A stretch of 64,000 nt of DNA from Candidatus Omnitrophota bacterium (GTDB lineage: Bacteria > Omnitrophota > Gorgyraeia > Zapsychrales > Zapsychraceae). This document shows positions 19,031 to 28,632 of this stretch, in pieces. The notes beneath the pieces are model-generated. The model saw only the letters and a list, made by a program, of their open reading frames with translations. It searched no databases and was not told where the DNA came from. A program made the translations under genes and the position numbers. The stretch's first letter is position 1; each line of letters opens with the position of its first letter. The stretch covers positions 780,032 through 844,031 of the forward strand of contig JACKFL010000006.1 in the NCBI GenBank assembly GCA_020632495.1, in the 5' to 3' direction.

Positions 19031-19312
19031 ATGAAAAAGACAACCGAAGTTAAGACACTGAAGGGGTTATTTCTTGCCGCGCTTATTCCGTTCATCACGG
19101 CATGCAACGGTGGCGGGGGAGGTACGGCCCTTCTTGGTACCGGCAGTTTGTTCAGCGGCCTAGGCGGCAATGGGGATACCGGTTCAGGATTACTCCCCGG
19201 TGGCGGCGATGAAATCGCGTCACTTACCAACCCCGAACCGGCCAGCATGATATTGCTCGGCAGTGGAATGGCTGCTTTGACGTACTTCAATAATAAGAAG
19301 AGAATCAAGTAA
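19031..19312 (+). CDS. 93-aa glycine-rich mini-protein with lipobox signal peptide and PEP-CTERM tail
   Basis: RBS GGAGGG. MKKTTEVKTLKGLFLAALIPFITAC (lipobox ITAC), Gly-rich core NGGGGGTALLGTGSLFSGLGGNGDTGSGLLPGGG, tail NPEPASMILLGSGMAALTYFNNKKRIK. Confidence 0.8.
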   Translation: MKKTTEVKTLKGLFLAALIPFITACNGGGGGTALLGTGSLFSGLGGNGDTGSGLLPGGGDEIASLTNPEPASMILLGSGMAALTYFNNKKRIK

Positions 19313-19350
19313 GATTCATTCTGAACATTGAATCCAGGACAAAAACAAAT

Positions 19351-19389
19351 AAGGCAAGCTATTACCCAATAGCTTGCCTTATTTTTTTA
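19351..19389 (+). terminator. Rho-independent terminator
   Basis: 13-bp perfect stem AAGGCAAGCTATT / AATAGCTTGCCTT, loop ACCC, followed by ATTTTTTTA. Confidence 0.85.
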
Positions 19390-19439
19390 TCCCCGCGGGG
19401 ACGGGGACTAGGTCGGCGTGGTTTTTTCGCAAATCTGAT

Positions 19440-19468
19440 TGACGACAACGCCGGCCTATGCTAGGATT
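19440..19468 (+). promoter_or_regulatory. Candidate sigma-70 promoter
   Basis: TTGACG-N17-TAGGAT, about 120 nt upstream of the ATG at 19588 and just after the terminator. Confidence 0.35.
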
Positions 19469-19587
19469 TAGAACGTAATATCTTCGGATATAAGGATTTA
19501 CCTAATTCTCTCACGTTCATCCCGAAGGCAGTATCGACCGCCCCCAGTGCATTTCCGGGGACTATCTCTGAAATAACAGGCGTACTC

Positions 19588-20454
19588 ATGAACAAAGAGA
19601 AGAATCCAACACTTAAGGTATTTCCCCTGCTCCGTATCTCCATCAATACGTTGTTCAGCAACGGTCCGATTGTCTTTCCGTACTTGGTTATCCTGTTCGT
19701 CCAATTTCTCCTGCTCGAGATTCTGTACTTCTTTCCGCAATGGCCTTTGAATCAATTCTTTGACCCGCTCGTTAGTAAGCTGGAGTCGCCGATGTTTATG
19801 CATTACCCGCTGAACCTGGCGCTTTTGCAAAAGATGTATTTTCAGGCCTACATACCGGTCTACATCTTTTTCTCCAGTTTCTTTGTATGTGTGGCCATTG
19901 CCGCCATCAAAGATATCAACGAGGACCAAAAACCGAACGTCAGGCAGATCATGGTGCGCATGCTGCCGTTCTACCTATATATCATCGTGACCGCCGTCCT
20001 CATATATGCCTTCAGCTATCTTTTCTCGGAGAGCTTCGGTATGATTGAAAGTCGGGCCGATCAGATTCGCTCGACCGCGGGGCCATTCTTCTGGCTTAAG
20101 CAGACAATCCTGCAGGGCGGTCCGTATTTCCGGCTCTTGCTTAACGTTGTCGCGGTGACCTTGTTTGCCTATGTCTTTCCGCTCATAGCGATTGAGCGGC
20201 GCAACCTGTTCGTGGCGCTGTTGGAGAACATTAAATATGTCATTACCGCACCGATTAAGACTTTTATGATCGTGCTGCTGCCCACCGTCGTTTTTGCGGT
20301 GGTGCTGCTCGCGCGCAAGCACGTTCCCTTTGAAGGGGAATTTCCGGAGATGCGGGCGATCATGATCGCCTTCAGCATTTTGGTTATGGTGATCATCGAT
20401 GCGGTGGTTTATACATCATTAACGATGTTTTATTTAGTAAGGAAGGGCCAATAA
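19588..20454 (+). CDS. Polytopic membrane protein, unknown function
   Basis: 288 aa, about 6 hydrophobic helices, no motif recognised. Stop is immediately followed by the next ATG (TAAATG). Confidence 0.6.
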   Translation: MNKEKNPTLKVFPLLRISINTLFSNGPIVFPYLVILFVQFLLLEILYFFPQWPLNQFFDPLVSKLESPMFMHYPLNLALLQKMYFQAYIPVYIFFSSFFVCVAIAAIKDINEDQKPNVRQIMVRMLPFYLYIIVTAVLIYAFSYLFSESFGMIESRADQIRSTAGPFFWLKQTILQGGPYFRLLLNVVAVTLFAYVFPLIAIERRNLFVALLENIKYVITAPIKTFMIVLLPTVVFAVVLLARKHVPFEGEFPEMRAIMIAFSILVMVIIDAVVYTSLTMFYLVRKGQ

Positions 20455-21360
20455 ATGAAAAGGGCCGTCGTCGCATTTATTCTGATTTTAGCTGGAGTGT
20501 TTGCCCTGTTTACCATGTTGGACCGTAACGGGGACTTTGTCGCTGAACGCGATCTATGGCGTATCAATAATAGGTTCGCCAAGGCGTCCCGGGATCCGCA
20601 GATTGTGCCTGACTCCACTTTTCGTCAGATTGTCGCTGACTATAACGCCTTTATCCAGCAGTATCCCGAGTCGCATCTGGCCCGGGTGGCGCATATTCTG
20701 ATCGGCCGTGTCTATATGGTGAAAGGGGACTTGGCCAAGGGGCGGGAAAAGTATGAAGAAGTGGCCAAGCTGTACGCCGATGAGCCGAAGATTGCGGTCG
20801 AAGCCGTGGCGGATATCGGCCGTACCTACGCCATCGAGAACAATGCCCAGGGGGTGATCCAGAATTACGAACGGGTTATCCGTGAGTATCCGTTGACGAT
20901 GCACGGTATGCAGGCGCCAATCTTGTTGACCAAGTTGCATGCCAGCCGCGGTGACACGCAGCGCGCCCAGGATGCCTACCGGGCGGGTATCGCGCATTAT
21001 CAGAAGCTGATCAAGGAGTATCCCGGCGGTTCCACGGAATTTAACGCGCTGCGCTCGATGGGAACCTTGTACCTGGCGGGTGGTGACCGGCGCAAAGCGA
21101 TCGAAACCTTCGGAAAGGTCTTGATCAATTTTTCCGACCAGAAATACATGACGTCGAAAAGGGTGGCCACGATTGTGCGCACCATTAATACTGTTGCCAT
21201 CGTGGATCTCAAGGATTATGACTTTCCTTTGTCTATTTACCGTGAGTTTATCAAGGCGCATCCGCAGCATCCGTACCGCCCGCGCTTTGAGCAGATCATA
21301 GAAAGTATTGAGTTGTTGAAAGAAAGTAAGGTTACGCTCGATACGGCACCCCAACGATAG
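20455..21360 (+). CDS. Membrane-anchored TPR-like repeat protein
   Basis: N-terminal anchor MKRAVVAFILILAGVFALFTML. Repeated helical hairpins with YPES/YPLT/YPGG spacing (QQYPESHLARVAHILIGRVY, REYPLTMHGMQAPILL, KEYPGGSTEFNALRSMGTLY). Confidence 0.65.
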   Translation: MKRAVVAFILILAGVFALFTMLDRNGDFVAERDLWRINNRFAKASRDPQIVPDSTFRQIVADYNAFIQQYPESHLARVAHILIGRVYMVKGDLAKGREKYEEVAKLYADEPKIAVEAVADIGRTYAIENNAQGVIQNYERVIREYPLTMHGMQAPILLTKLHASRGDTQRAQDAYRAGIAHYQKLIKEYPGGSTEFNALRSMGTLYLAGGDRRKAIETFGKVLINFSDQKYMTSKRVATIVRTINTVAIVDLKDYDFPLSIYREFIKAHPQHPYRPRFEQIIESIELLKESKVTLDTAPQR

Positions 21361-21368
21361 CGACGGAC

Positions 21369-22658
21369 ATGAAATCGGCCATTCAGGAACTGACACAAAC
21401 AACGCTCTTTCAAAAAATCGGCGATATCTGCGCGACGGTGAACACAGCCCTTGGCGCCCAAGACCTATTGGAGAAATCGCTTCACAAAATTATGGACTTG
21501 TACGGGGCGACCCGTGGTTCCGTCTTTATCGCAGAAGGCGGGAGCGGCAAGTTGGTTTTGAAGGCTTCGTACGGCATGAAGCTCAAAGAGGAGCAATCCA
21601 TGGTCAAGCAACTGGGCGAGGGAATCGTCGGCCGGGTGGCGAAGTTAAAACAGCCGTTGTATGTGGAAGACATCGCGTCGGATGAGCGGTTTCAGAATTT
21701 CAAGCTGCGGGGTAGTTACGCCACGCCGTCGTTTATCTGCGCGCCGCTGCTGGTCAAGGATCAACTGATCGGCGTGATCAATATTGCCGATAAGGAAACC
21801 GGGAGCCGCTTTAACGAAACCGACATGCAACTCCTGGATTTTCTCACCACGCAGGTGGCCCTGAACTACCGGCGGATCGAATTGCATCAGAAATTCAAAC
21901 GCATCGTACGGGAAAAAGAAAATCTGAAGGACCGGCTCGGTCAGACCGATCAGGAAAAACTGAACCTGAAGAAACAAATCGTGGTCCATGAAAAACTGGC
22001 GACCATTGGAAAACTGGCTGGCGGTATCGCGCATGAGTTCAATAATCCGCTCGACGGTGTCATGCGTTACACGAATTTATGCCTGGATCACATCCAGGAC
22101 GATGAGGTGGTGCGGGGGTATCTGTTGGAGGTCAAGCACGGCCTGAATCGTATGGCCAATATTGTGCGCAACCTGTTGGCCTGTTCTCGGGACGAGCATC
22201 CGGCGTCGCAGTCGGTGGAAATCAAACAGGCCTTTGAGCATGCCTTGTCCGGCAAAATGAACGACATTGTCCGGAAGAATATTATTGTCGAGCGCAAGAT
22301 TGCGTCGAATATGCCGGCCATACCCGATTTGGGTATCGAGCGGATCTTTTCCAATCTGATTACCAATGCAGTCGACGCCATTGAACGTGACGGGCGGATC
22401 TCAATGGCGGCCGACATGTACGCGCAAGTCCTGGTCATCAGTTTCGCGGATACAGGACGGGGGATCGAGGAAGAGAATTTGGAGAAAATATTCGAACCGT
22501 TCTATACTACGAAAGATATTGACAAAGGTTGTGGGTTGGGCTTGACGATTGTCGGAGAGATCGTCAAGTCTTATGAGGGAACCATTAATATCGAAAGTGA
22601 ATTCGGGAAGGGGACGACCTTCACGATTAAAATACCTGTTCCGGAATACGATGGATAA
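21369..22658 (+). CDS. Soluble GAF-domain sensor histidine kinase
   Basis: GAF (GSVFIAEGGSGKLVLKASYG...GIVGRVAKLKQPLYVEDI...FICAPLLVKDQLIGVINI). H-box GGIAHEFNNPLDGV. HATPase N/G boxes (NLITNAVDA, DTGRGI, GCGLGLTIV). No TM segment. Confidence 0.85.
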   Translation: MKSAIQELTQTTLFQKIGDICATVNTALGAQDLLEKSLHKIMDLYGATRGSVFIAEGGSGKLVLKASYGMKLKEEQSMVKQLGEGIVGRVAKLKQPLYVEDIASDERFQNFKLRGSYATPSFICAPLLVKDQLIGVINIADKETGSRFNETDMQLLDFLTTQVALNYRRIELHQKFKRIVREKENLKDRLGQTDQEKLNLKKQIVVHEKLATIGKLAGGIAHEFNNPLDGVMRYTNLCLDHIQDDEVVRGYLLEVKHGLNRMANIVRNLLACSRDEHPASQSVEIKQAFEHALSGKMNDIVRKNIIVERKIASNMPAIPDLGIERIFSNLITNAVDAIERDGRISMAADMYAQVLVISFADTGRGIEEENLEKIFEPFYTTKDIDKGCGLGLTIVGEIVKSYEGTINIESEFGKGTTFTIKIPVPEYDG

Positions 22659-24045
22659 AAGGGACAATCAAAATTACAGTATGCTCATCGTCGATGATGA
22701 GCCCCTGATTCGTGAATCGCTATTTGAGATCTTCAAGATCGAGGGGTTTCGGGTGCAGATGGCATCCACCGCTGAGGAAGCCCTGATCCTTATGGAAAAG
22801 AATCCGGTCCACATTGTCATCACGGACCTGAAGCTTCCGAACATGTCCGGACTGGAGCTTTTGCAACAGGTTAAGAAGGATTACGAGCAGGCCGAGGTGA
22901 TCGTTATTACCGGCTATGGATCCATCGAAACCGCGGTGGAGGCGATGAAGATCGGGGCCTTTGAGTACATCACCAAGCCGATCAATGACAGCGAAATCAA
23001 ACTGATCATCGCCAATATTGTGCAAAAGATCCGTTTGATAGAAGAGAATACCGCGTTGAAGGGCCTCATAGCGAAGGACCGGCGACAATCCTTTGCGGGG
23101 ATGATCGGTTCCAGCGAGCGGATGCAGTCGGTCTACAATATCATTGATTCGGTTGCGTCGACAAATGCTACAATCCTGATTACAGGCGAGAGCGGTACCG
23201 GCAAGGGAATGGTGGCCAAAGCCGTTCACCAAAGCGATGAGCGGCGGCGTAAACGGCCGTTTGTGGAAATCAGCTGCGGAGCGCTGTCCGAAACTCTTTT
23301 GGAAAGCGAATTGTTCGGGCACGTCAAGGGGGCCTTCACCGGTGCGATCAAGGATAAAGAAGGCCGTTTCGAGTACGCCAAGGGAGGCACGATCTTCCTC
23401 GACGAAATCGATGCTTTTTCGCCCAGTCTTCAGGTTAAGCTTCTGAAGGTTCTGCAGGACGGACTATTCGAGCGGGTCGGTGAAAATGTTTCCCGCAAAG
23501 CGGATGCCCGAATTATTGTCGCCACCAATCAACAGTTGACCAAGCTGGTGGACGAAGGCGAGTTTCGTGAAGATTTGTATTACCGGATTAATGTCATCGC
23601 AATCCAAATGCCGCCTCTGCGGGACCGGCGCGACGACATTAAACCGTTGGCGGATCATTTTCTGGAGATGTTCAGCCGTGCGAACAACAAGACGGTTAAG
23701 GAAATGTCCGACGAGGTATTGGCCCTGTTCAAGTCATACAGCTGGCCGGGCAACATTCGTGAGCTGGAAAATGCGATTGAGGGGGCGGTGATCATGGCGA
23801 AGGGGGATGTGATTCAACTGTCGGACATCCCGAACAGCACCAAGTTTGAGGAGGAAGACGGGAGCAAGAGCGCCGAAATCAAATCTCTCAAACAGGTGAC
23901 CGAACAGCCGGAGCGGGATCATATTATATCCGTTCTCAACGATTGTAATTGGAACCGCAATAAGGCGGCGGCCGCACTGGGGGTCAACCGGACGACGCTT
24001 TACAATAAAATGAAAAAATACAATATCCTGGATGCCAAAAAGTAA
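22651..24045 (+). CDS. Sigma-54-dependent response regulator (NtrC family; PrsR-like context)
   Basis: ATG at 22651 overlaps the kinase stop. Receiver [14 protein letters not shown]...[15 protein letters not shown]+ [30 protein letters not shown]-terminal [26 protein letters not shown]. Confidence 0.9.
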   Translation: MDKRDNQNYSMLIVDDEPLIRESLFEIFKIEGFRVQMASTAEEALILMEKNPVHIVITDLKLPNMSGLELLQQVKKDYEQAEVIVITGYGSIETAVEAMKIGAFEYITKPINDSEIKLIIANIVQKIRLIEENTALKGLIAKDRRQSFAGMIGSSERMQSVYNIIDSVASTNATILITGESGTGKGMVAKAVHQSDERRRKRPFVEISCGALSETLLESELFGHVKGAFTGAIKDKEGRFEYAKGGTIFLDEIDAFSPSLQVKLLKVLQDGLFERVGENVSRKADARIIVATNQQLTKLVDEGEFREDLYYRINVIAIQMPPLRDRRDDIKPLADHFLEMFSRANNKTVKEMSDEVLALFKSYSWPGNIRELENAIEGAVIMAKGDVIQLSDIPNSTKFEEEDGSKSAEIKSLKQVTEQPERDHIISVLNDCNWNRNKAAAALGVNRTTLYNKMKKYNILDAKK

Positions 24046-24050
24046 AGAAC

Positions 24051-25079
24051 ATGTCTGACGAAAAATCAAGAAGATTGGCGCAACAACTGATTGTTAAGGA
24101 CAAATGGTGGGACATGCTCTCGCGGTTCATCGATGTTCTGCGCATCAATATCTATATTGTTGACCGTACGGGCCAGTTTATTTTGCCTCCGGAGGAAACG
24201 AAGTACGGGGGGCGGTTATTGATGCACCCGGAACTGGGCTTCGATGTCTTTAAGAAAAAAGGCACACGCTTCGAGTCGCAATTCGTCGGACATACCCATT
24301 ATCTGGAAACCGTCAACCGTTACGATTTGTTCAGCTTTGCCATTCCTCTGCGAACCACGGCCCAGGAGATCATCGCGTACGTCATGGTTGGGCCGGTGAT
24401 TCTCAACAAGCGCCTGGAGACTTCGGAGTATGTCCGTTTGGCCAAGGCGGTCGGAGCGAATGAAGACGAGCTTTTGTTCGAGATCAATGAGATTCGGGTC
24501 GTGTCCAATATCATGATGAATTCGATCATCAATCTACTCACCGAAATCGTACGTGACAGCATCGAAATCAAATCGCCGCAGGAGGCAACCACCAACGAAA
24601 ATGCCGTCGCTCAGAAGGTTTGGGAAAAAGAATTTGAGAATATTGCGAATGAGATATATTCCACGGTTCGCGTCGATGAGCTTCTGATCACCTTGCTGGA
24701 TATCGCGCTGAAGATGACCGGGACGCAATGCGGATCGGTCATGATGCTCGATCCCAAGACCAATGAATTGACGATTAAGGCCGCCAAAGGACTCAGTGAT
24801 TTAAAGATTCAGGGTGTCCGCGTCAAGATCGGAGACGGGATATCCGGTTTGGTCGCCAAGGTCAAGGCACCATTAATTCTGGAGAGTGAAAACCCCGATT
24901 CCCGGGTAGCCCACCTGATGACCCGGCCGGAAATCAGGCGCGCCCTGGTCATGCCGTTAGTATCCAAAAATCGTTGTTTCGGGATCCTGAATCTGCACAC
25001 CCACGCTGATGACGACCGCATCGAGGAAAATCTGGATAACCTTCACTACCTGACTCAGTTGCTTTCCTCGGCTTTCTAG
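24051..25079 (+). CDS. PocR-like sensory domain plus GAF domain protein, no output domain
   Basis: The N-terminal approx. 170 aa resembles PocR (IYIVDRTGQFILPPE...LFSFAIPL...IIAYVMVGPVIL). C-terminal GAF (LLDIALKMTGTQCGSVMMLD...GISGLVAKVKAPLILE...LVMPLVSKNRCFGILNL). Confidence 0.55.
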   Translation: MSDEKSRRLAQQLIVKDKWWDMLSRFIDVLRINIYIVDRTGQFILPPEETKYGGRLLMHPELGFDVFKKKGTRFESQFVGHTHYLETVNRYDLFSFAIPLRTTAQEIIAYVMVGPVILNKRLETSEYVRLAKAVGANEDELLFEINEIRVVSNIMMNSIINLLTEIVRDSIEIKSPQEATTNENAVAQKVWEKEFENIANEIYSTVRVDELLITLLDIALKMTGTQCGSVMMLDPKTNELTIKAAKGLSDLKIQGVRVKIGDGISGLVAKVKAPLILESENPDSRVAHLMTRPEIRRALVMPLVSKNRCFGILNLHTHADDDRIEENLDNLHYLTQLLSSAF

Positions 25080-25184
25080 GCGCTTGGGTCGCTCGCGCGA
25101 TATCTTTGCATCCCCACTATCCGAATGATATACTTCCATCTGATCATCATTCTCATAAGTAGCTGAAATCAGAGGATCTTTTGT

Positions 25185-26219
25185 ATGACAAAGACAATAT
25201 TGGTGGTCGGAGGGGCAGGGTACATCGGTTCCCATACTTACGTGGAACTCCTGGCAGCCGGTTATGATGCCGTTATCGTTGATGATTTCAGTAATGCCGA
25301 GCAAAGGGTAATCGACCGGTTGGTGGAGTTGACGGGACGCTCCGTACGTCTCTATGAAGGAGACGCCGCTGACCCGCGGTTTATGCGAAGTGTTTTTGAG
25401 GCGGAGTCCGGCCTGACCGGAGCGATTCACTTCGCCGCCTATAAAGCAGTGGGGGAGTCGGTCCGGGAGCCGCTACGCTATTATCGGAATAACATCGATT
25501 CGATGCTGGTCTTGCTGCAAACCATGGCCGATTTTGATGTTCCCGACTTGGTGTTTTCGTCATCATGCACTGTCTACGGTGTTCCGGACGAACTTCCGGT
25601 TACCGAGATGACCCCGCGCAAAGACGCCCACTCACCCTATGGAAATACCAAGCGTATTTGTGAGGACATTATCCGTGATGCGGTCACCGGCGGCAACCAT
25701 CTCAAAGCGGTGTTGCTGCGTTACTTTAATCCGATCGGCGCGCATCCGTCCGCATTGATCGGTGAGCTGCCGATCGGTGTGCCCAATAATTTGGTCCCGT
25801 TTGTCACCCAAACCGCGGCCGGGATTCGGCCCGAATTGACTATTTTCGGCGACAACTACGAAACATTTGACGGGACCTGCATCCGGGACTATATTCACGT
25901 CGTCGATCTCGCGCGAGCGCATGTCAAGTCGCTCGACTACTTGGAAGGGGTCGACGGCAGGGGGTGCTGCGAAGCCATTAATGTAGGGACGGGACGCGGC
26001 AACAGCGTTATGGAAGTTGTTCAAACATTTGAGCAGGTCGCCGGCGTAAGTTTGAATTATAAGATCGGTCCGCCGCGTGCCGGCGATGTTCCCGCTATTT
26101 ACGCGAACGCGGACAAGGCCCGGTATCTCCTGGGGTGGGAATCGCAGTTAACGCTCGAAGATGCGTTGCGTGACGCATGGCGTTGGCAGGGTATGTTATC
26201 TACAAAAGAGAAGGAATAG
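25185..26219 (+). CDS. galE: UDP-glucose 4-epimerase
   Basis: ILVVGGAGYIGSHT, SSSCTVYG, YGNTKRICE (YxxxK), LRYFNPIGAHPS, RDYIHVVDLA. Confidence 0.9.
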   Translation: MTKTILVVGGAGYIGSHTYVELLAAGYDAVIVDDFSNAEQRVIDRLVELTGRSVRLYEGDAADPRFMRSVFEAESGLTGAIHFAAYKAVGESVREPLRYYRNNIDSMLVLLQTMADFDVPDLVFSSSCTVYGVPDELPVTEMTPRKDAHSPYGNTKRICEDIIRDAVTGGNHLKAVLLRYFNPIGAHPSALIGELPIGVPNNLVPFVTQTAAGIRPELTIFGDNYETFDGTCIRDYIHVVDLARAHVKSLDYLEGVDGRGCCEAINVGTGRGNSVMEVVQTFEQVAGVSLNYKIGPPRAGDVPAIYANADKARYLLGWESQLTLEDALRDAWRWQGMLSTKEKE

Positions 26220-27194
26220 ATGAAGACGATATTGCTCACCGGCGCGGCCGGTTTTATCGGGTCCAAGACGGCGGAATTGTTGTCCGGACGGAAGAACGTC
26301 GCGGTTATCGGCGTGGACAATGTGAATGACTACTATGATGTTCGTGTTAAGCAACACCGTCTGCGGGCGCTGAAGAAATTGCCCAATTTTACTTTTCATA
26401 AACTGGATATCGAGAATCTGCCCGGTTTGAGGCGACTGTTTCAGCGCTACTCGATCGATGCGGTCGTGAATCTCGCGGCCCGGGCCGGAGTCCGCTACAG
26501 TATGATTAATCCGCACGTCTATTTCACAACCAATACCCAAGGGACGTTGAATCTCCTGGAGTTGTGCAAGGATTTCGGCGTGAAGAAATTTGTGCTGGCT
26601 TCGACGTCATCTCTGTATGCCGGCCAGAAAATGCCGTTTACGGAAGGTTTGCCGGTTAACACGCCGATATCTTCTTACGCAGCCAGTAAAAAGGCGGCAG
26701 AGGTGACCTGCTATACCTACCACTTCTTGTACGGGATCGACGTCTCGGTGGTGCGCTATTTTACCGTCTACGGTCCGGCGGGGAGGCCCGACATGTGCAT
26801 GTTCCGGTTTATCAAATGGATCGATGAGGGCAAGCCGATGGAGCTATTTGGTGACGGGTCCCAAAGCCGGGATTTTACCTACGTCGACGATATCGCCAAG
26901 GGCACTATTAAGGCGCTACGCCGGGTGGGATTTGAGGTGATGAATCTCGGCGGAGGGAACAAGCCGTATTCTCTGAATTATGTCATTCAACTCATCGAAG
27001 GTCATCTTGGCAAACAGGCGCGGATCAAGCAAATGGCCTTTCACAAGACCGATATCAAGTCCACCTGGGCCGATATCTCCAAGGCCAAGAAGATTCTGAA
27101 GTGGCAGCCTAAGATCGAGCTGGAGGCGGGGGTTAAGCGCACGGTAGAATGGTATTTGGCCAATCGCCAATGGCTCAAGGATGTCAAACTCTAA
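26220..27194 (+). CDS. NAD-dependent nucleotide-sugar epimerase (UDP-glucuronate 4-epimerase-like)
   Basis: ILLTGAAGFIGS, STSSLYG-type ASTSSLYA, YAASKKAAE, RYFTVYGPAGRPDM, GDGSQSRDFTYVDDI. Confidence 0.85.
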   Translation: MKTILLTGAAGFIGSKTAELLSGRKNVAVIGVDNVNDYYDVRVKQHRLRALKKLPNFTFHKLDIENLPGLRRLFQRYSIDAVVNLAARAGVRYSMINPHVYFTTNTQGTLNLLELCKDFGVKKFVLASTSSLYAGQKMPFTEGLPVNTPISSYAASKKAAEVTCYTYHFLYGIDVSVVRYFTVYGPAGRPDMCMFRFIKWIDEGKPMELFGDGSQSRDFTYVDDIAKGTIKALRRVGFEVMNLGGGNKPYSLNYVIQLIEGHLGKQARIKQMAFHKTDIKSTWADISKAKKILKWQPKIELEAGVKRTVEWYLANRQWLKDVKL

Positions 27195-28030
27195 AGATCG
27201 CGCTTCTCGGCGTTCTGCTGTGCGTCTCCGTCGCGGAGGCTGCGTCTGATCCGTTACTTACTCATCCCGTTTTTTCTCGCCAACAACAGTCTCTCCGGCA
27301 GGATATTCTTAGAATCATAGAACAAGTGAGAAGTGACCACCGCGTCGGCATTGAATTCGAGAATTTAGATCCGGACGATATTGATCAGACTCAAATCAGT
27401 TTGAGGGAGGCTGCGCCCAAAGACTACGGACGCGTATATCGGTTTTTACTTCTCTTGCAAGAAGAGTTGAACAAGTACCCGCCCAATTTTCTGCGTCCTG
27501 CGCAGTTGGAATCCATTTATTTGGTCAAAAGTTTGTTTAGGGAAGACAAGAACGCGCAAGGTATCTACGATTATCGCCATAAAATCATTTTCTTTGACTT
27601 CGCCCGGCAGTATGGAGGAGAGATGGCTCAGCGCCATAATATCCATCACGAATTCTTCCATGTCATCGATACGAATTCTTTTTATTGGCAGGAAAAAGTG
27701 GGTTGGGAAGAGCTCAATGCCCCGGATTTCAAGTATGTCAGAAAGGGGAAGGTTCACGTAGATCCCGAGCCTAATCAGGCTAATTACTTTGCTCCCACAC
27801 GGAAAGGTTTCGTGACTTACTACGCGATGATGTCGCCCTATGAAGATAAAGCTGAAGTGTTTGCCTGTTTATTTGTGCGTTCGCAGTCGCGGTTGATCCA
27901 GCGTTGGGCCGCGAAGGACGACATTTTGCAAAAGAAAATATCCTACCTGAAGCAATTTCTGAATATCTACACTGACGGAACCATAAACGAGGATTATTTC
28001 ACCCGGTTGTGGGCCGCTTCCGAACGGTAG
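27170..28030 (+). CDS. Secreted protein with HExxH zinc-metallopeptidase-like motif, family not recognised
   Basis: Signal peptide LKIALLGVLLCVSVAEA. NIHHEFFHVID (HExxH) followed about 55 aa later by YYAMMSPYEDKAEVFA (possible Glu/Tyr ligands). The start could be 27149 or 27170. Confidence 0.55.
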   Translation: MAQGCQTLKIALLGVLLCVSVAEAASDPLLTHPVFSRQQQSLRQDILRIIEQVRSDHRVGIEFENLDPDDIDQTQISLREAAPKDYGRVYRFLLLLQEELNKYPPNFLRPAQLESIYLVKSLFREDKNAQGIYDYRHKIIFFDFARQYGGEMAQRHNIHHEFFHVIDTNSFYWQEKVGWEELNAPDFKYVRKGKVHVDPEPNQANYFAPTRKGFVTYYAMMSPYEDKAEVFACLFVRSQSRLIQRWAAKDDILQKKISYLKQFLNIYTDGTINEDYFTRLWAASER

Positions 28031-28098
28031 AGTTCCCGTCCAAAGCCCATAAAATAATGCAGATCAGAGTGGTCATGATCCGGCTGCTTCGTTACAAT

Positions 28099-28143
28099 AA
28101 GCATATGCTTATATGAAGGCGTGTGTTGATATGAGCATATGCC
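28099..28143. promoter_or_regulatory. Two copies of the palindrome GCATATGC, 34 bp apart, upstream of the DUF134 gene (candidate operator)
   Basis: AAGCATATGCTT (28099..28110, a perfect 12-mer palindrome) and GAGCATATGCC (28133..28143). They lie 40-80 nt upstream of the ATG at 28182. Confidence 0.35.
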
Positions 28144-28181
28144 AATAACAACCGGTGCGTTAAAAAAGGTGCCAGCTCAAA

Positions 28182-28583
28182 ATGCGTAAAGGCCGACGAA
28201 AAAAAGTCCGATATATCCAGGAAATGCCGCCGGTGGCGCTCTTTTCGCCGCGCGGCCGGCCCGGCCGTCCTGACGAAATTGAGCTAAAAGTCGACGAATT
28301 TGAGGCGCTCAAGCTGGCTGATTATCAAGGTTATGATCAGTCGGAAGGCGCTCAAGCCATGGGGATTTCGCGCGCCAGTTTTGGCCGGATACTGAGGAAT
28401 GCGCGAAAGGTGTTGGCGACCGCCATTGTGGAAGGTTGCTGTCTGAGGATCCGGATTGGAGACGTACAAGTCGGGGTGCGCCAAAAGAATCTTCCCAAGA
28501 AAGACCGAAAGCCTGCCGAGGTTGGGGATGTGGAAAAAGTCCTGCGCGAAAATATTCTCAAGTACACCCGCAAAGACCAGTAA
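28182..28583 (+). CDS. DUF134 (UPF0251) family putative DNA-binding protein
   Basis: MRKGRRKKVRYIQEMPPVALFSPRG...IELKVDEFEALKLADYQGYDQSEGAQAMGISRASFGRILRNARKVLATAIVEG. Confidence 0.8.
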   Translation: MRKGRRKKVRYIQEMPPVALFSPRGRPGRPDEIELKVDEFEALKLADYQGYDQSEGAQAMGISRASFGRILRNARKVLATAIVEGCCLRIRIGDVQVGVRQKNLPKKDRKPAEVGDVEKVLRENILKYTRKDQ

Positions 28584-28632
28584 ATCAAGGTGGTACCTTG
28601 GGTGAACTTCATCTGATTTTCATCTTCTCGAA

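Noticed and set aside
25081-25125. TGGG...TTTGCAT upstream of galE as a sigma-54 promoter.
   Set aside because: The GG and GC elements are about 22 nt apart instead of 10-11.
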